Source: Acipenser ruthenus (Eukaryota). Taken from it: 64,000 bases of DNA. The stretch spans positions 10,944,641-11,008,640 of the forward strand of contig NC_081214.1 of the NCBI RefSeq assembly GCF_902713425.1, given 5' to 3'. Shown piece by piece: positions 63,687 through 64,000 of the stretch. Every line of letters begins with the position of its first letter. Position 1 is the first letter of the stretch. The position numbers were made by a program, and so were the translations under genes. The notes under the pieces are model-generated. The model was not told the origin of the DNA and made no database searches. It worked only from the letters and a program-made list of their open reading frames with translations.

Positions 63687-64000
63687 TGTGGCAATGTGCC
63701 CCGTCCCTGTGTGCATTTGTGTTGTATGTTGCGTGCGTGTGTGTGTTAATGTTGGTGTATAGTCATTGGTACACGGGATATAAACGGGTCTGTGTTTCAC
63801 GTGTATTTAAAGTGTAGATTTGTATTTAGGCACGAGGAGGGCACAAATCACTTCACGTGCGGGTTAAATGTAATATGTGAGCACGGGGTTGCACAGAATT
63901 AATTCACGTGCTGGGATTCAAGTGAATAATTAATTAGTAATTGAATCCCAGCACAATAGTATATATAGACGCACATTTCTTGCACTCAGGGTTGGGTGTT
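63687..64000 (+). mobile_element. LTR copy (5' part, runs off the window end), same family as 372-1014
   Basis: It starts TGTGGCAATGTGCCCCGTCCCTGTGTGCATTTG... and is colinear with the solo LTR through the inverted-repeat and TATA region. Confidence 0.8.

Overview
This window is eukaryotic, repeat-dominated heterochromatin, most likely from a fish or other vertebrate given the SINE and LINE types. It is not a prokaryotic locus and I found no conventional single-copy genes.

About 70% of the window is one 25-bp satellite with the consensus ATGACCATAGCCACGATTCAGTAAC. It forms four blocks, all in the same orientation, with higher-order repeat structure.

Embedded in that satellite are:
- a 643-bp solo LTR (372-1014) with TG..CA termini, a TATA box, AATAAA, and a 4-5 bp target-site duplication
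- two short stubs of the same LTR further along the satellite
- a 14.6-kb GC- and CpG-rich satellite of about 72 bp (11978-26598)
- a 16-kb tandem array (26599-42694, minus orientation) of a 3.06-kb unit of the form LTR-leader-ORF-polypurine tract, with one shared LTR between neighbouring internal regions. This looks like a non-autonomous LTR-retroelement-derived macrosatellite. Its ORF begins with a zinc-knuckle-like CX2CX3HX4C motif and continues into proline-rich tracts made of 24- to 57-bp in-frame minisatellites.
- a tRNA-derived CORE/MIR-like SINE (44017-44253)
- two 5'-truncated CR1-like LINE copies on the minus strand (56386-59290 with endonuclease and reverse transcriptase; 61344-62608 with partial reverse transcriptase), each ending in an octamer 3' tail
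- a relic of a Ty3/gypsy-like RNase H (63520-63686, minus strand) that sits directly against another copy of the LTR, which runs off the window end (63687-64000).

Most entries in the ORF track inside the satellites are periodic artefacts of tandem repeats. The most interesting item is the LTR-derived 3.06-kb tandem macro-repeat and what it implies about the order of TE insertion and satellite amplification.
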